Shown here: in pieces, positions 25,692 through 35,777 of the stretch
Layout: the number at the start of each line of letters is the position of its first letter
How positions within the stretch are numbered: position 1 is the stretch's first letter
Made by a program: the position numbers and the translations under genes
Source: an uncultured Chloroflexota bacterium
Lineage (GTDB): Bacteria; Chloroflexota; Limnocylindria; Limnocylindrales; Limnocylindraceae
Direction of reading: 5' to 3'
DNA length: 58,407 nucleotides
Assembly (NCBI GenBank): GCA_903864185.1
Contig: CAIPEX010000009.1
Location: forward strand, 110,281-168,687
The notes under the pieces: generated by a model
What the model was told of the DNA's origin: nothing
The model's database searches: none
Seen by the model: the letters and a program-made list of their open reading frames with translations, nothing else

Positions 25692-27014
25692 CTAGATGCG
25701 CCGCATGGCGCGAGGAAGTGGATGCAGCTCAATCTCTGCGCCAACATCAAGACCGAGAAGCTCCTCGGGAATGGGGCCGAGAAAGTCGGTCCCTGCAAGG
25801 ACGTGCGCCTGGTGGCTCCCCTGCGGTCCAGCGAGTCGCACCGCCACACTCCCATCAGGTGTGAGGCATGGGGCTCCGTTCTCATCTCGGTCGGCGGTGA
25901 GGCGCAGATACGAGCGACGTCCGAGCGGACTGCTCACCGCCTCAAGCAGACGGCCCCGCGTGGCAAGAGTGAGGGGCGGGCGACCGGCAAGGATGCGCAG
26001 GAGAGGCAGTACAAACTCGTGTGCTGTGACATAGGCACTTACCGGATTGCCTGGGAGGCCGAATGCCCATCGCGCACCCGTGGTCCCACTTCGCCGAGCA
26101 CCGACAAGGAGTGGCTTTCCTGGCTGAATGGCAAGGCGCCAGACGAGCGTCTCAAAGTGCTCGGCAAGAACCTCGCCCACGTGGTCATGTGCGCCAACGC
26201 TCACCCCGCCCGTCGTGATGAGTAGGTCGCAGGTCGCCGAGGCTGCCGCGATTGCCGAGCTCGTGGTCGCGCGATCATCAGTGACGGAGCGCAGCGTGAC
26301 AACCTCCCCGCCCGCTTCTGTGATGAGCGCCGCGAGCATTGGACCGTTTGTATCGGGAATAAAATCATTGAGCTCGCTCCCGCTCGTTACGACCGCCACT
26401 CGCGGACGAGGCCGGAGTATGGCCTCCTTCGCACCACTCCCTATCAGGACCGCGACCCCTGCAGCGTCCATGGTGCTGCCAGCTGGGAGGAGCGTCGTGC
26501 CCGCACGCGTATCTTCACCTTGGCGTCGAATCGACCTCCCCATTGGCACTGCACCGAAGAACCAGACCTCTTTTGGAAGCTCAGAAGGGACACGTTGCAG
26601 GAGCGTCGCCTCGCTATGCACGCCGCTCAGCGCACTCTCTTCGACGGGAACAACTGCATCGGCGCCGGAGGGGATCGCTGCACCTGTGGCGATTCTCCGA
26701 CAGGTCCCAGCAGCCAGCGCATCTAGACCGCGAGCGCGGCCCGCAGCGGCATCGCCATCAACTGCAAGGGACAACGGAGATTCTTTGGTGACCCTTTCAA
26801 GATCGCTCGAACGCACCGCCCAACCGTCCATTGCCGAAACGTCAACGGGTGGCAGATCAAGATCGGCCTGTACTGGCGCTGCAAGGGTTCGGCCGACAAG
26901 ATCGCGCCAGCTGGCCGCACTCACCATTGTCGACTCGGCGGGAAGTGCTTCAGCCTGGCGGATGAGTTGCGCAAGCAGCTCGTCGGCGCGCACAAGCGAA
27001 AGATGCTCAGCCAC
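25692..27014 (-). CDS. moeA: molybdopterin molybdenumtransferase MoeA
   Basis: 440 aa with MoeA N- and C-domains flanking an MoCF-binding domain (LLITTGGVSVGAHD; LPGNPVSAYV). Confidence 0.85.
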   Translation of the reverse strand: MAEHLSLVRADELLAQLIRQAEALPAESTMVSAASWRDLVGRTLAAPVQADLDLPPVDVSAMDGWAVRSSDLERVTKESPLSLAVDGDAAAGRARGLDALAAGTCRRIATGAAIPSGADAVVPVEESALSGVHSEATLLQRVPSELPKEVWFFGAVPMGRSIRRQGEDTRAGTTLLPAGSTMDAAGVAVLIGSGAKEAILRPRPRVAVVTSGSELNDFIPDTNGPMLAALITEAGGEVVTLRSVTDDRATTSSAIAAASATCDLLITTGGVSVGAHDHVGEVLAEHFETLVWRLAIQPGKPLLVGARRSGTTGARWAFGLPGNPVSAYVTAHEFVLPLLRILAGRPPLTLATRGRLLEAVSSPLGRRSYLRLTADRDENGAPCLTPDGSVAVRLAGPQGSHQAHVLAGTDFLGPIPEELLGLDVGAEIELHPLPRAMRRI

Positions 27015-27015
27015 C

Positions 27016-27660
27016 CTACGCTCCTTGCCGGCGCGCCATGCGTCGCGAGAGGACGACCCCTACTGTTGCCAAGACGATGAGCGCTACGCAGTAGCTGAGC
27101 GCTGCAGGAATCCAAAAGCTGGTCGGATAGAGCTGAATCAAGTGCGAAGTGCTCCAATTAAAGGTCCACGTCCCATCTGCAAAAACAAGCCCGTGGAAGA
27201 AGGCAAAGGTTGCATCGAAGGCGAGGAGGAAGGCGGCACCAGCGCCAGAGGCGAGAACGCCAATCAGGAGCGCCCCATCACGGGCAGCATGAGATACAAG
27301 GGCGGGACGTTTTCGCGCAAGAAGTAGCAGGGCGAATGCACCGCAGCCGCCTGCGAGGAGAACAAGGCGCATGAGGTTTCCAACATCGGCGAGATGCGCT
27401 CGCTCGCCAGCATCAAGGAGAAGACCCGAGCCGAACGGCACAAGGAACCCACCGCTTGTGAGCAGCTCGCCCACGAGTGCATCGGAGAGCGTATGAGCGT
27501 CACGGGGAGAGACGCCGAGATAGTGCGCTGAACCTGCGATATCAAGAAACAGGTGTGTGACAGGCGGCAGCAAGAAGAGGAGCAACGCTGCGCTTGCCAG
27601 GAAGAACCCCGCCGCGATTGCGGTGAGACAGCGCGCGATCAGGCGACCAAGCACGCTCAC
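27016..27660 (-). CDS. TIGR01906/DUF1461-like integral membrane protein
   Basis: Multi-TM protein with the FHGLVFADGTWTFNWSTSHLIQLYPTSFW block, which resembles that family. The start is set at the GTG at 27660, which overlaps the upstream TGA (GTGA). Family assignment is from memory. Confidence 0.5.
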   Translation of the reverse strand: MSVLGRLIARCLTAIAAGFFLASAALLLFLLPPVTHLFLDIAGSAHYLGVSPRDAHTLSDALVGELLTSGGFLVPFGSGLLLDAGERAHLADVGNLMRLVLLAGGCGAFALLLLARKRPALVSHAARDGALLIGVLASGAGAAFLLAFDATFAFFHGLVFADGTWTFNWSTSHLIQLYPTSFWIPAALSYCVALIVLATVGVVLSRRMARRQGA

Positions 27661-28046
27661 GCGTCGACGAGAATCTGACCCTGCTCCCACCAAGAGCGAA
27701 CCGAGAGCGCATCTGGCTCGGGCATGCCGAAGAGCGTAACCGCCTGGCTCACAGATGCCGTAAAGGCATCCCATGGTGTCTCGGCGAGCTGCTTGACGCC
27801 CAGGATGCCTGCGCGGGCAAGCAGCTCCTGCTCATCTGGGCCCAAGAAGGCAATGTTGAGGAGGAGCGCCTCGTCACGCCACTCGTCAACGTCTGCAGTT
27901 GTTGCATCAAGTTGGTCGGCGAGCGACTGGCGTCGCGTTGCCGTTTCAGTCCGCTCCAGGAGTAGCCCGGTCGTGAAGAGTCCGTGCGCCTCAAGGCGTG
28001 CGAGGTGCACCGGTTCAATGCGTGTCAAGCGAGTGATCGCTGGCAT
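27657..28046 (-). CDS. small soluble protein, possibly DUF4332 (helix-hairpin-helix-like)
   Basis: MPAITRLTRIEPVHLARLEAHGLFTTGLLL... and a second LLARAGILGVKQLAE repeat. The start is set at the ATG at 28046 with an AAGGGGAGGGA SD; the longer ORF would read through tRNA-Pro. Confidence 0.45.
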   Translation of the reverse strand: MPAITRLTRIEPVHLARLEAHGLFTTGLLLERTETATRRQSLADQLDATTADVDEWRDEALLLNIAFLGPDEQELLARAGILGVKQLAETPWDAFTASVSQAVTLFGMPEPDALSVRSWWEQGQILVDA

Positions 28047-28085
28047 CGTCCCTCCCCTTTCACCTATGGCCGGCGCGCGAGCATC

Positions 28086-28162
28086 TGGTCGGGGCGACTG
28101 GATTCGAACCAGCGACCTCTTGCACCCCATGCAAGCGCGCTACCAAGCTGCGCTACGCCCCG
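28086..28162 (-). tRNA. tRNA-Pro (anticodon GGG), CCA encoded
   Basis: CGGGGCGTAGCGCAGCTTGGTAGCGCGCTTGCATGGGGTGCAAGAGGTCGCTGGTTCGAATCCAGTCGCCCCGACCA has a hand-folded cloverleaf. The anticodon stem is CTTGC/GCAAG with loop ATGGGGT, giving G37 as expected for tRNA-Pro. Confidence 0.9.
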
Positions 28163-28187
28163 ACGCGCCGGATGGCGCAGGGCGAGT

Positions 28188-29177
28188 CTAGCGGAACTCA
28201 GGGGCAGGGGCACGGCCAAGGAGTGTCTGTGCGAGCACGTTAATCGGCACGCCGTTTGCGAGCGCCGCGACGACCGTTGCAGTAATTGGGAGTTCAACGC
28301 CGAGCCGGGCGGCAAGCGCGAGTGCCCCGTGAGCGGTTGGAATCCCCTCGAGGGTCGCACCTATCTGCGTCACAGCGGCCTTCAGTTCAATGCCATTTGC
28401 AAGGAGCTCGCCGAGTCGCGCGTTGCGCGAACCGGTATTCGACGCGGTTAACGCAAGGTCACCAACGCCTGCGAGACCAAAGACCGTCTCACGCTTGCCG
28501 CCGGCAGCCTCAGCCAGGCGAGCCATCTCTGCAACGCCGCGCGAGAGCAACGCTGCTGCCGCGTTTTCGCCATAGCCGAGTGACCGCACTGCGCTAACAG
28601 CAATAGCGATCACGTTCTTCAGCGCACCGCCGATCTCCACACCCGTCCGGTCATCGGAAAGATAGAGACGAAAATTGGGGCGTGCGAGTAGTTGCTGCGC
28701 GTGTTCACCCAATGCCATTGGGCCGGCAAGTACCGCCGCTGCAGGCTTTCCTGCGGCGACTTCGACCGCAAGATTTGGGCCAGAGAGAACCAGCACGCTC
28801 GTCGATGGGGCTCCTCCTGCTAATGCCGCTTCGCTCACGCGCGCACCAGATGCATCGAGTCCCTTCGAGGCGAGTACGAGCGCGGCCTCTCCCCGTGCCG
28901 CTGAGCGGAGTGCGTCGACAATTGCGTCGGAGGGGACCGCCAACACGAGGATATCGGTAGCGGCTAGGGTGGGAAGCTCCTCCTCAAGCGACCGTACGAC
29001 GAGGCGCGCCGGGAAGGGCGCCGATGGCAGGCGTCGAGTATTGGTGCGTTCAGCAGTGAGGCGGGCTGCCTCTGTGGCGGTATGAGCAACAAGCTCGACA
29101 GGCTCTCTCGCATCGCTTGCCGACCAAAGGATTGCGAGTGCAGTCCCCCATGCCCCAGCACCAACGATGCGAATCAC
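28188..29177 (-). CDS. gpsA: NAD(P)H-dependent glycerol-3-phosphate dehydrogenase
   Basis: IRIVGAGAWGTALA Rossmann motif, GALKNVIAIA and the LGELL region. Confidence 0.9.
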   Translation of the reverse strand: MIRIVGAGAWGTALAILWSASDAREPVELVAHTATEAARLTAERTNTRRLPSAPFPARLVVRSLEEELPTLAATDILVLAVPSDAIVDALRSAARGEAALVLASKGLDASGARVSEAALAGGAPSTSVLVLSGPNLAVEVAAGKPAAAVLAGPMALGEHAQQLLARPNFRLYLSDDRTGVEIGGALKNVIAIAVSAVRSLGYGENAAAALLSRGVAEMARLAEAAGGKRETVFGLAGVGDLALTASNTGSRNARLGELLANGIELKAAVTQIGATLEGIPTAHGALALAARLGVELPITATVVAALANGVPINVLAQTLLGRAPAPEFR

Positions 29178-30613
29178 CGTGGACCACCTGTCGCTTTTGT
29201 CCGTGTTCTGCCTCGCGCGTGCCCCTCCTCAGCAGAACGTTCGCGAACGATGATCTTGATCGGTGCGCCCGTCAGTGGATAGCGCTCTCGGATCTGGTTC
29301 TCGAGGAAGCGTTGCCAAGAGAAGTGCACCTGCAACGCATTGCGCGCAAAGACAACAAAGGTGGGTGGCGGTGTTTGCGCCTGCGCGGCGTAGAGAATTT
29401 TTGGCCGCTTCGATCCGCCGTGCGCGGGCTCTTGCCGTGCAACTGCATCAGCGACCAGACGGTTCAAGACGCCGGTTGGAATGCGCAAGCGACAGGCATC
29501 TGCAGCAGCGATCGCGGCATCAAGGACCTTTGTCGCACGAAGCCCTGTGGTTGCCGAGATTGAAACGAGCGGCGCAAAATCAAGAAACGGGGCTTGCGCA
29601 CGAATCTTGGCCTCGAGTGCATCAAAGGTAAAGCCATCTTTCTCAATGAGGTCCCACTTATTCAAGACGATCACAAGCCCCTTCCCCGCCTCAATCACAC
29701 TGCCCGCAACATGAAGGTCTTGCGCCTGGAGGCCCGTCGAGGCATCGATAAGTAACAGCGCGACATCTGCCCGCTCAAGCGCTTGAATCGTTCGTACAGT
29801 GGACCACTTCTCAGCAGCTGGCCCAGCTGCAATCTTGCCGCGCTTACGAATGCCAGCGGTATCAACCAGCGTGATATGCCGACCGGCATGTTCGAGCGAC
29901 TCATCGATCGCATCACGTGTAGTTCCTGGGACATCACTGACGACTGTTCGTTCGATACCTGTGAGTCGGTTGAGGAGGCTTGACTTTCCAACGTTCGGGC
30001 GGCCAACGATCGCAACCGTGACCTCCCCCTCTGCTCGTAACTCGCCCGCATCTTCTGGAAGTGCGCGAAGCTGTTCGACAAGTACGTCGAGAAGGTCGCC
30101 CGTGCCACTCCCATGCTGTGCGCTGACAGGGTGCACGCGATCAAATCCAAGAGCCGAGAACTCATGAGCGGCACGCTCACGGTCAATATTGTCAGCCTTA
30201 TTCGCAACGAGAATGATGGGCTTACTGCTACGACGCAGAAGTTGCGCCACCTCTGCATCGGCGGGATTCGGCCCCGACGCCGCATCCACGATAAGCAAGA
30301 TCACATCGGCCGAGGCGACGGCGATCCGCGCCTGGTCCTGCACTGCAACGTCAATCACATTGCCATGTGCGGGCTGGATCCCTCCCGTATCAACAAGCCG
30401 GAAGCGCTTCCCGTTCCAATCCGCCTCAGCGATGAGGCGATCACGTGTGGTGCCAGCACGATCTTCAACAACTGCACGGCGGTGGCCCACGATTCGGTTG
30501 AAGAGGGTGCTCTTACCTACATTCGGCCGACCGACGAGCGCAACCAGAGGGAGTCGAACGCGCTCCTCTTCGAGCGACGTTGCAACGCTTTCGAGCAGCT
30601 CACTGTCGCTCAT
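29174..30613 (-). CDS. der: ribosome biogenesis GTPase Der (EngA)
   Basis: Two tandem GTPase domains (GRPNVGKSTLFN twice, DTGG/DTAG, NKAD/NKWD) plus a KH-like C-terminus. Confidence 0.95.
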   Translation of the reverse strand: MSDSELLESVATSLEEERVRLPLVALVGRPNVGKSTLFNRIVGHRRAVVEDRAGTTRDRLIAEADWNGKRFRLVDTGGIQPAHGNVIDVAVQDQARIAVASADVILLIVDAASGPNPADAEVAQLLRRSSKPIILVANKADNIDRERAAHEFSALGFDRVHPVSAQHGSGTGDLLDVLVEQLRALPEDAGELRAEGEVTVAIVGRPNVGKSSLLNRLTGIERTVVSDVPGTTRDAIDESLEHAGRHITLVDTAGIRKRGKIAAGPAAEKWSTVRTIQALERADVALLLIDASTGLQAQDLHVAGSVIEAGKGLVIVLNKWDLIEKDGFTFDALEAKIRAQAPFLDFAPLVSISATTGLRATKVLDAAIAAADACRLRIPTGVLNRLVADAVARQEPAHGGSKRPKILYAAQAQTPPPTFVVFARNALQVHFSWQRFLENQIRERYPLTGAPIKIIVRERSAEEGHARGRTRTKATGGPR

Positions 30614-31584
30614 TGTGCACTGCCGACGGGAAGCGATGTTGTTCGATATTGCGGCGTCGCAGCTTCGGCGAGCGCCATGCGAGCAACTTCGCTCGCTGCG
30701 GCGTGCACCGGTCCTACTCCTGCGAGTAGAGCGACACGCTCAACTACGGCTGCAAGGTCCTCGATCGGCGTGCTCGTGCCACCAGTAACGCCAACACGTT
30801 TCGCCTGCTTGAAGTCGGTCGACTCTGTAAGCTCTCGCGGTGATTCAATTTGGAGTACAGGCGTTCCATTAATCTCGCAAAGACGTGTGAGCTCACGCGT
30901 ATTGGCGCTGCGCGTGCCGCCAACGACGATCATCAGGTCGACGTTCCGCGCAGTTTCAAGCGTGTCCTCCTGGCGACGAATCGTGACGGGACAGACGGTG
31001 TTGACAACCTTGAGTTCATGGCATCGCGAGACCATGAAAGCCGCAAGCCGTTCGAACTTCCACGGCGGCTGCGTTGACTGCGTGATGAGAGCCATGCGCT
31101 TACGGCGTGGAATCTTCACCCAGTCCTCTTCTTCATCAACAAGGATCGCGTCTGGCGCAAATCCAAGCAGCCCAACAACCTCAGGGTGATGCGGCGTGCC
31201 AAGTAGCACGATGTCATAACCATCGTCCACAAGGCGCTGCAACTCGCGATGCTCTTGCGTGACCCAGGTGCAGGTGCCATCGATGACCTCAAGTCCGCGA
31301 GCACCAGCACGCTCAAGCACCTCAGGCGTTACGCCGTGCGCACGAATGACCACGGCTGCGCCTTCGTGCACATCGTCAAGTGTTTCGGCGTTTTCAATCC
31401 CGCGCTCCCGAAGGTCAGCAATGAGCCCCTCATTGTGCACAACATGCCCGAGGGTATGTGTTCTCTTTCCTTCAGCACGCGCCGACTTTGCCTTGTCGAT
31501 TGCCTCACGCACCCCATAGCAAACACCGGTGCGGCGAGCGATCACAATCTGTTCGACGGTACCCATGGGGGGATTATCCCCCAC
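30610..31584 (-). CDS. ispH: 4-hydroxy-3-methylbut-2-enyl diphosphate reductase
   Basis: Three cluster cysteines in the expected contexts (GVCYGV, DGTCTWV, NTVCPVT), plus the SANT motif. Confidence 0.9.
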   Translation of the reverse strand: MGDNPPMGTVEQIVIARRTGVCYGVREAIDKAKSARAEGKRTHTLGHVVHNEGLIADLRERGIENAETLDDVHEGAAVVIRAHGVTPEVLERAGARGLEVIDGTCTWVTQEHRELQRLVDDGYDIVLLGTPHHPEVVGLLGFAPDAILVDEEEDWVKIPRRKRMALITQSTQPPWKFERLAAFMVSRCHELKVVNTVCPVTIRRQEDTLETARNVDLMIVVGGTRSANTRELTRLCEINGTPVLQIESPRELTESTDFKQAKRVGVTGGTSTPIEDLAAVVERVALLAGVGPVHAAASEVARMALAEAATPQYRTTSLPVGSAQ

Positions 31585-31591
31585 TTGGCGC

Positions 31592-32215
31592 CTAGGCTCG
31601 GTAGGAGTCTGGGAGAAGGGCGTTTACTGCCTCGTGGAGGCGTGCAGTCACAACGACGGGCGTCAGTCGTTCACCAGGTTTCGCGCTCAATTGGAGCGGC
31701 TTGCCGATGACGAGCTTGATAGATCGCACACGGCGAGGCAGGATCGCTCCAGGGGCCCAGAGGCGCTCGGTCCCGCTGACCGCGACAGGAATGAGCGGTG
31801 CGCCTGAGCGAATCGCCAGCAACCCGGCACCATCATGAAAGCGGTTGATGCGCCCGTTCTTCGAGCGTGTCCCCTCTGGATAGATTCCGAGCAGCCCACC
31901 AGAGCGTAGCGCCGCCTCCGCGAGTCGGAAGGCTTCAAGGTCGGCCTGGCCACGCTTCACGCCGAACACTCCATTGACGCGTAAGAAGGTGCCAACGATC
32001 GGCCAGCGCATCGCCTCCGACTTCCCCATCCAGGTGATCGGTCGGCCAGTCGCAGGGGTAAGCCAGCAGGCGAGAAAGACTGGATCAACCCAAGAGATGT
32101 GATTTGACGCAAGGATCGCACTGCCAGATTGCGGAATGTTCTCGAGCCCCTCGACGATGATCGTACTCGCGAGCCGCCGCAGGCACCACCCGCCGAATGC
32201 TTCGGATGCACGCAT
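31592..32215 (-). CDS. plsC: 1-acyl-sn-glycerol-3-phosphate acyltransferase
   Basis: NHISWVDP (HxxxxD) and YPEGTRS motifs. The start is set at the ATG at 32215; the longer ORF to 32275 would overlap cmk. Confidence 0.8.
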   Translation of the reverse strand: MRASEAFGGWCLRRLASTIIVEGLENIPQSGSAILASNHISWVDPVFLACWLTPATGRPITWMGKSEAMRWPIVGTFLRVNGVFGVKRGQADLEAFRLAEAALRSGGLLGIYPEGTRSKNGRINRFHDGAGLLAIRSGAPLIPVAVSGTERLWAPGAILPRRVRSIKLVIGKPLQLSAKPGERLTPVVVTARLHEAVNALLPDSYRA

Positions 32216-32237
32216 GCCAAGGGACGGGCGGTCCACG

Positions 32238-32891
32238 TTATCTCCCTTGCACGACGCTGATGATCTCTGCAACAACCTCTTCCAACGTCATTTGATCGGT
32301 AACGATGATTCGCGCATCACTCGCAGCAACGAGTGGCGCAACGCTTCTGTTGCGATCATCGTAGTCGCGAGCGCTCAGGTCGGCAACGATTGAGGCATGC
32401 TCGGGTGATCCAAGGGCATAGCCGCGCTGGCGTGAGCGACGCTCTCCCCGCGATTCTGCACTAGCGTCAAGGAAAAACTTCCATGTTGCCTCTGGCAGGA
32501 CGACGGTTCCAATGTCCCTCCCCGCAAGGACGGCATTCCCAGAGTCAGCAGCGGAACGTTGTACGCCACGCAGCGCAGCACGAACGTCGGGCAGTGCTGC
32601 AACTCGCGGGACCGCACGCTCAACCTCTGCTGACTCTAGCTCTCCTGGTTGGAACTCTTGGTCACCGACGAGAAGATGGACGGGTCGCTGCTCCAGGTTG
32701 ACATGTGTTGCGTGGGCAAGAGCAAGGATCGCGGCGGGGTCACTCATCGCGCCGCCTCGTATGGCTGCAGCCGTTACCGCTCGATAGAGCAAGCCAGTAT
32801 CAAGGAACGCGTACCCAAGCTCCCGGGCCACGCGCTCTCCAACGCTGCTCTTACCGCTAGAGCCGGGACCGTCGATTGCAATCGTGCTCAT
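32238..32891 (-). CDS. cmk: cytidylate kinase
   Basis: IAIDGPGSSGKSS P-loop, DTGLLYRA and GRDIGTVV motifs. Confidence 0.9.
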   Translation of the reverse strand: MSTIAIDGPGSSGKSSVGERVARELGYAFLDTGLLYRAVTAAAIRGGAMSDPAAILALAHATHVNLEQRPVHLLVGDQEFQPGELESAEVERAVPRVAALPDVRAALRGVQRSAADSGNAVLAGRDIGTVVLPEATWKFFLDASAESRGERRSRQRGYALGSPEHASIVADLSARDYDDRNRSVAPLVAASDARIIVTDQMTLEEVVAEIISVVQGR

Positions 32892-33700
32892 GCAGGAGCC
32901 TGCGGAGGGGCGTTCAGCGCACGCGAGAACTCACTGCGCTCGTCTGACGTGAGCGGTCGAAGCGCGCCTGGCAAGAGCTCACCGAGAGTTGCGGGGCCGA
33001 ATGAGAGCCGCACAAGACGGAGTACTGGGTGTCCTACAGCACCGTAGAGTCGGCGGACCTCATGATGGCGTCCCTCACCGAGTGCGATATAACTCCACTG
33101 GCCAGGGTCGTCATTGCCAGAACGAATCTCAGCAGGAAGTGAATCGGCAGGTTGAACTGCTCGCGATTCAAGAGCGCGCGCCCAGCCGTCTGTAAGGCGA
33201 ATCCCAGCGCGAAGGCGCGAGAACTCTGGCTCGCCAAGTGAGAACCTCGTTGCGACCGCATAGCCTCGCCGTAGACGTGCCCGCGGATGTGCAAGACGCG
33301 AGACGAGGCTGCGCTCGGGAGTGAGCAGCAGGAGTCCCTCAGTCTCTCGGTCAAGCCGCCCGATTGAGAGCATGCGCTCTGCACGCGCAGCGCCGAGTTC
33401 TTCTGTCAGTGCCTGTGGGAGGGTGATTGCCGCGTACGGATCTGCATGCGTCGTAGTTACCCCTCGCGGTTTATGCCAGACAAGGATTTCCGCTTCACCA
33501 ACTCCATCGATTGCGGTGCCGCGTGTGTTCGCGCTGCTTGCAGGTACGAGTGGTGCTCCGTCTAACTCGAGTGGAGCGCTTGGATCCAGGCGTTCACCCA
33601 GCGTCACGACACGCCCCGCGGATGTCACTCTGCCTCCAGCAATTGCGCCATCAGCAGTGCGCCGAGAGAGACTTGAGCGCTCTGCAACGAGAACGTTCAC
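32888..33700 (-). CDS. rluB: RsuA/RluB-family 23S/16S rRNA pseudouridine synthase
   Basis: Short S4-like N-terminus (SRRTADGAIAGGRV), catalytic GRLDRETEGLLLLT and HHEVRRL motifs. Exact target not determinable. Confidence 0.75.
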   Translation of the reverse strand: MNVLVAERSSLSRRTADGAIAGGRVTSAGRVVTLGERLDPSAPLELDGAPLVPASSANTRGTAIDGVGEAEILVWHKPRGVTTTHADPYAAITLPQALTEELGAARAERMLSIGRLDRETEGLLLLTPERSLVSRLAHPRARLRRGYAVATRFSLGEPEFSRLRAGIRLTDGWARALESRAVQPADSLPAEIRSGNDDPGQWSYIALGEGRHHEVRRLYGAVGHPVLRLVRLSFGPATLGELLPGALRPLTSDERSEFSRALNAPPQAPA

Positions 33701-33710
33701 CCGAATGAGA

Positions 33711-34352
33711 TCACTCAGTGGTCGAGTCCTCGTCGGCTGGTGTCATTGGCGTCGTGCTCTCTGGTGCCTCAGTCTCAGTAGTCGCATGAGCAACTTCGCT
33801 TTTCAGCTCAAGATGTCGGAGGGCCTCGGCATCACCTTCAAGGGGCGGTAGATCTGCCAGTGAAGAGAGTCCGAAGCGTCGTAGGAACTCGAGTGTTGTT
33901 GCGTAGCGGATCGGCCGACCAGCAGTTTCGAGTCGCCCGGCCTCTTCAATGAGTCCGCGTTCGAGGAGAACGCGTAGTGCGTAGTCGGCATCGACGCCGC
34001 GGATCTCTTCCACACCTGCCTTCGTGACCGGTTGGCGGTAGGCAATCACCGTGAGCGTCTCGAGTGGCGCCGCAGTCAGGTCTGAGCCGCCCGTGCCGAC
34101 CCATGCCAACACGGCACGCGCCTGCTCTGGGCCACTCGCGAGTTGGATCTCATCTGCGTGGGTGATGAGCGTGATGCCTCGACCGGCGAGGCTCTTCTTC
34201 AACTCGGTGAGGAGCGCATCCAGTTGCGCGCGGTCGATATCAAGGAGTTTTGCCGTCTCCCGACGATTAAGCGGGCGATCGACCACGAAGAGGAGCGCCT
34301 CAAGGTCGGCAACGCTTACGGGGCGCTGCTCTGGCACCGCATGCTCGTTCAC
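33711..34352 (-). CDS. scpB: segregation and condensation protein B
   Basis: LEALLFVVDRPL..., IAYRQPVTKAGVEEIRGVD winged-helix repeats, and an acidic tail. The start is set at the GTG at 34352, which overlaps the scpA TGA. Confidence 0.85.
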   Translation of the reverse strand: MNEHAVPEQRPVSVADLEALLFVVDRPLNRRETAKLLDIDRAQLDALLTELKKSLAGRGITLITHADEIQLASGPEQARAVLAWVGTGGSDLTAAPLETLTVIAYRQPVTKAGVEEIRGVDADYALRVLLERGLIEEAGRLETAGRPIRYATTLEFLRRFGLSSLADLPPLEGDAEALRHLELKSEVAHATTETEAPESTTPMTPADEDSTTE

Positions 34353-35206
34353 GCTCCCTCCATTCCCCTGATGGTGATTGGCCCCCACAGAAGTTCCTGG
34401 CTTACAGAGACTTCGTGCCGCTTTGACAATTCAAGCAGTGCAAGGAAGGTTACCGCAATAAACGAACGGTCTTGTCGGTCGCCGAGGAGGGACTCGAGGT
34501 CGACGCCTGTAGCACCGCTCGCCTGCACCGCCATGCGGATCGCCTGGAGCCTGTCACTAATGGAGACCTTGAGCCCTACGGCGGAGAGGGCAAAGCCAGC
34601 GAGGGGCTTGCGGCGGAGTGCGATGCGCGCCATAGCGCGGGCGAGGCGCTTTGGATCTGAGCGCGTTGGGACGAGCTCAGCAACTGGGACCTGCCGCTGA
34701 ATGGGAAGTTCGCGAGATGGAGGCTCTCTATGCCAAAGCGGCGCCAGCAGACGATCACCGAGGACTCGGGCTGCATCACGGAAGACGCGATAACGGAGGA
34801 GTCGAATGCGAAGATCGCTCTCTTCCGTCTCAAGGTCAAGATCGTTCCCCTCGCTCGCGGGCAATGCGACCGGACGCGGCAAGAGCGCTCGGCTCTTCAG
34901 GACGATGAGTTGTGCAGCGACAGCGACGAATGCCGAGAGGGTCTCAAGACGGTCGTCGGGAATTTCTGCGAAATACCGCAAGAACTCATCGGCAAAGGAT
35001 GCGAGCGGGACGCGTCGCACATCAAGTTCATCTTTCTCAATCAGCGCAAGGAGGAGGCCGTAGGGTCCACTGAACTCACCAAGCGCCACATAGGAGCGCG
35101 TGCGGCCAAAAATACCACCATGCTCGCGACGGAAGATCACGCCCTCGATGTCCGGGCTCGTTGGCTCCGGAAGCTCAAACCCCTCTGCGAGTCCGCGCGT
35201 ACTCAT
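34349..35206 (-). CDS. scpA: segregation and condensation protein A
   Basis: Kleisin-like: FSGPYGLLLALIEKDELDV N-terminus and FLALLELSKRHEVSVSQ C-terminus. Confidence 0.8.
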   Translation of the reverse strand: MSTRGLAEGFELPEPTSPDIEGVIFRREHGGIFGRTRSYVALGEFSGPYGLLLALIEKDELDVRRVPLASFADEFLRYFAEIPDDRLETLSAFVAVAAQLIVLKSRALLPRPVALPASEGNDLDLETEESDLRIRLLRYRVFRDAARVLGDRLLAPLWHREPPSRELPIQRQVPVAELVPTRSDPKRLARAMARIALRRKPLAGFALSAVGLKVSISDRLQAIRMAVQASGATGVDLESLLGDRQDRSFIAVTFLALLELSKRHEVSVSQELLWGPITIRGMEGA

Positions 35207-35739
35207 AGTCGACCCTCATCTGCAAGATGGAGACGCATAACGCGATGGTCCACTGCCGTGCCACCACGTTCAATGTGAGCGAGTTCTTCCAGGAGCGCAA
35301 TGACGTCCGCAGCTGCACCGAGTTCTCGTGCGTGGTGTGGTGCTGCATCTGCATGCGTACGCAGCGCTGTAAGACCTTTCAGGGGTGCTCCAGCCTCATA
35401 GGCCATCGTTGTTGATCCAGTCAGCACATGCACGATACGGAGGAGGAGCCCCACCTGACCCTTCGGAAGATCGTGGATGAGCGCGGCTACCTCTTCGCTC
35501 GGTCCAGCACCTGCATGTCGCAACGCTTCTGCCATGCGTGTAGCGGCCGCTCGGTCGGCAGGGTGGCTCGCAGCGAACGCGTGGAGCATCGCCTCTCCTA
35601 CGCCCAACTCTCGAAGGCGAGAGAGTCCAGCAGATCCTGCGCGATCAACAGCTCCGCGAGCAGCTCGCCAATCCTGAAGCACGGCCTGGAGATGCCGTGC
35701 GACCTGGGTGACACGCTGGAGCGGTTCTGGTTGGTTCAC
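35203..35739 (-). CDS. hypothetical protein with weak HD-domain-like motifs
   Basis: 178 aa, GTG start. It has LHAF..SH.. then AALIHDLPKG (compare the HD-domain LLHDIGK) and later His/Asp residues. Assignment is tentative. Confidence 0.35.
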   Translation of the reverse strand: MNQPEPLQRVTQVARHLQAVLQDWRAARGAVDRAGSAGLSRLRELGVGEAMLHAFAASHPADRAAATRMAEALRHAGAGPSEEVAALIHDLPKGQVGLLLRIVHVLTGSTTMAYEAGAPLKGLTALRTHADAAPHHARELGAAADVIALLEELAHIERGGTAVDHRVMRLHLADEGRL

Positions 35740-35777
35740 AGGCGCATCCTACCGCCTCAGGCGGGGCGGACGCCACG

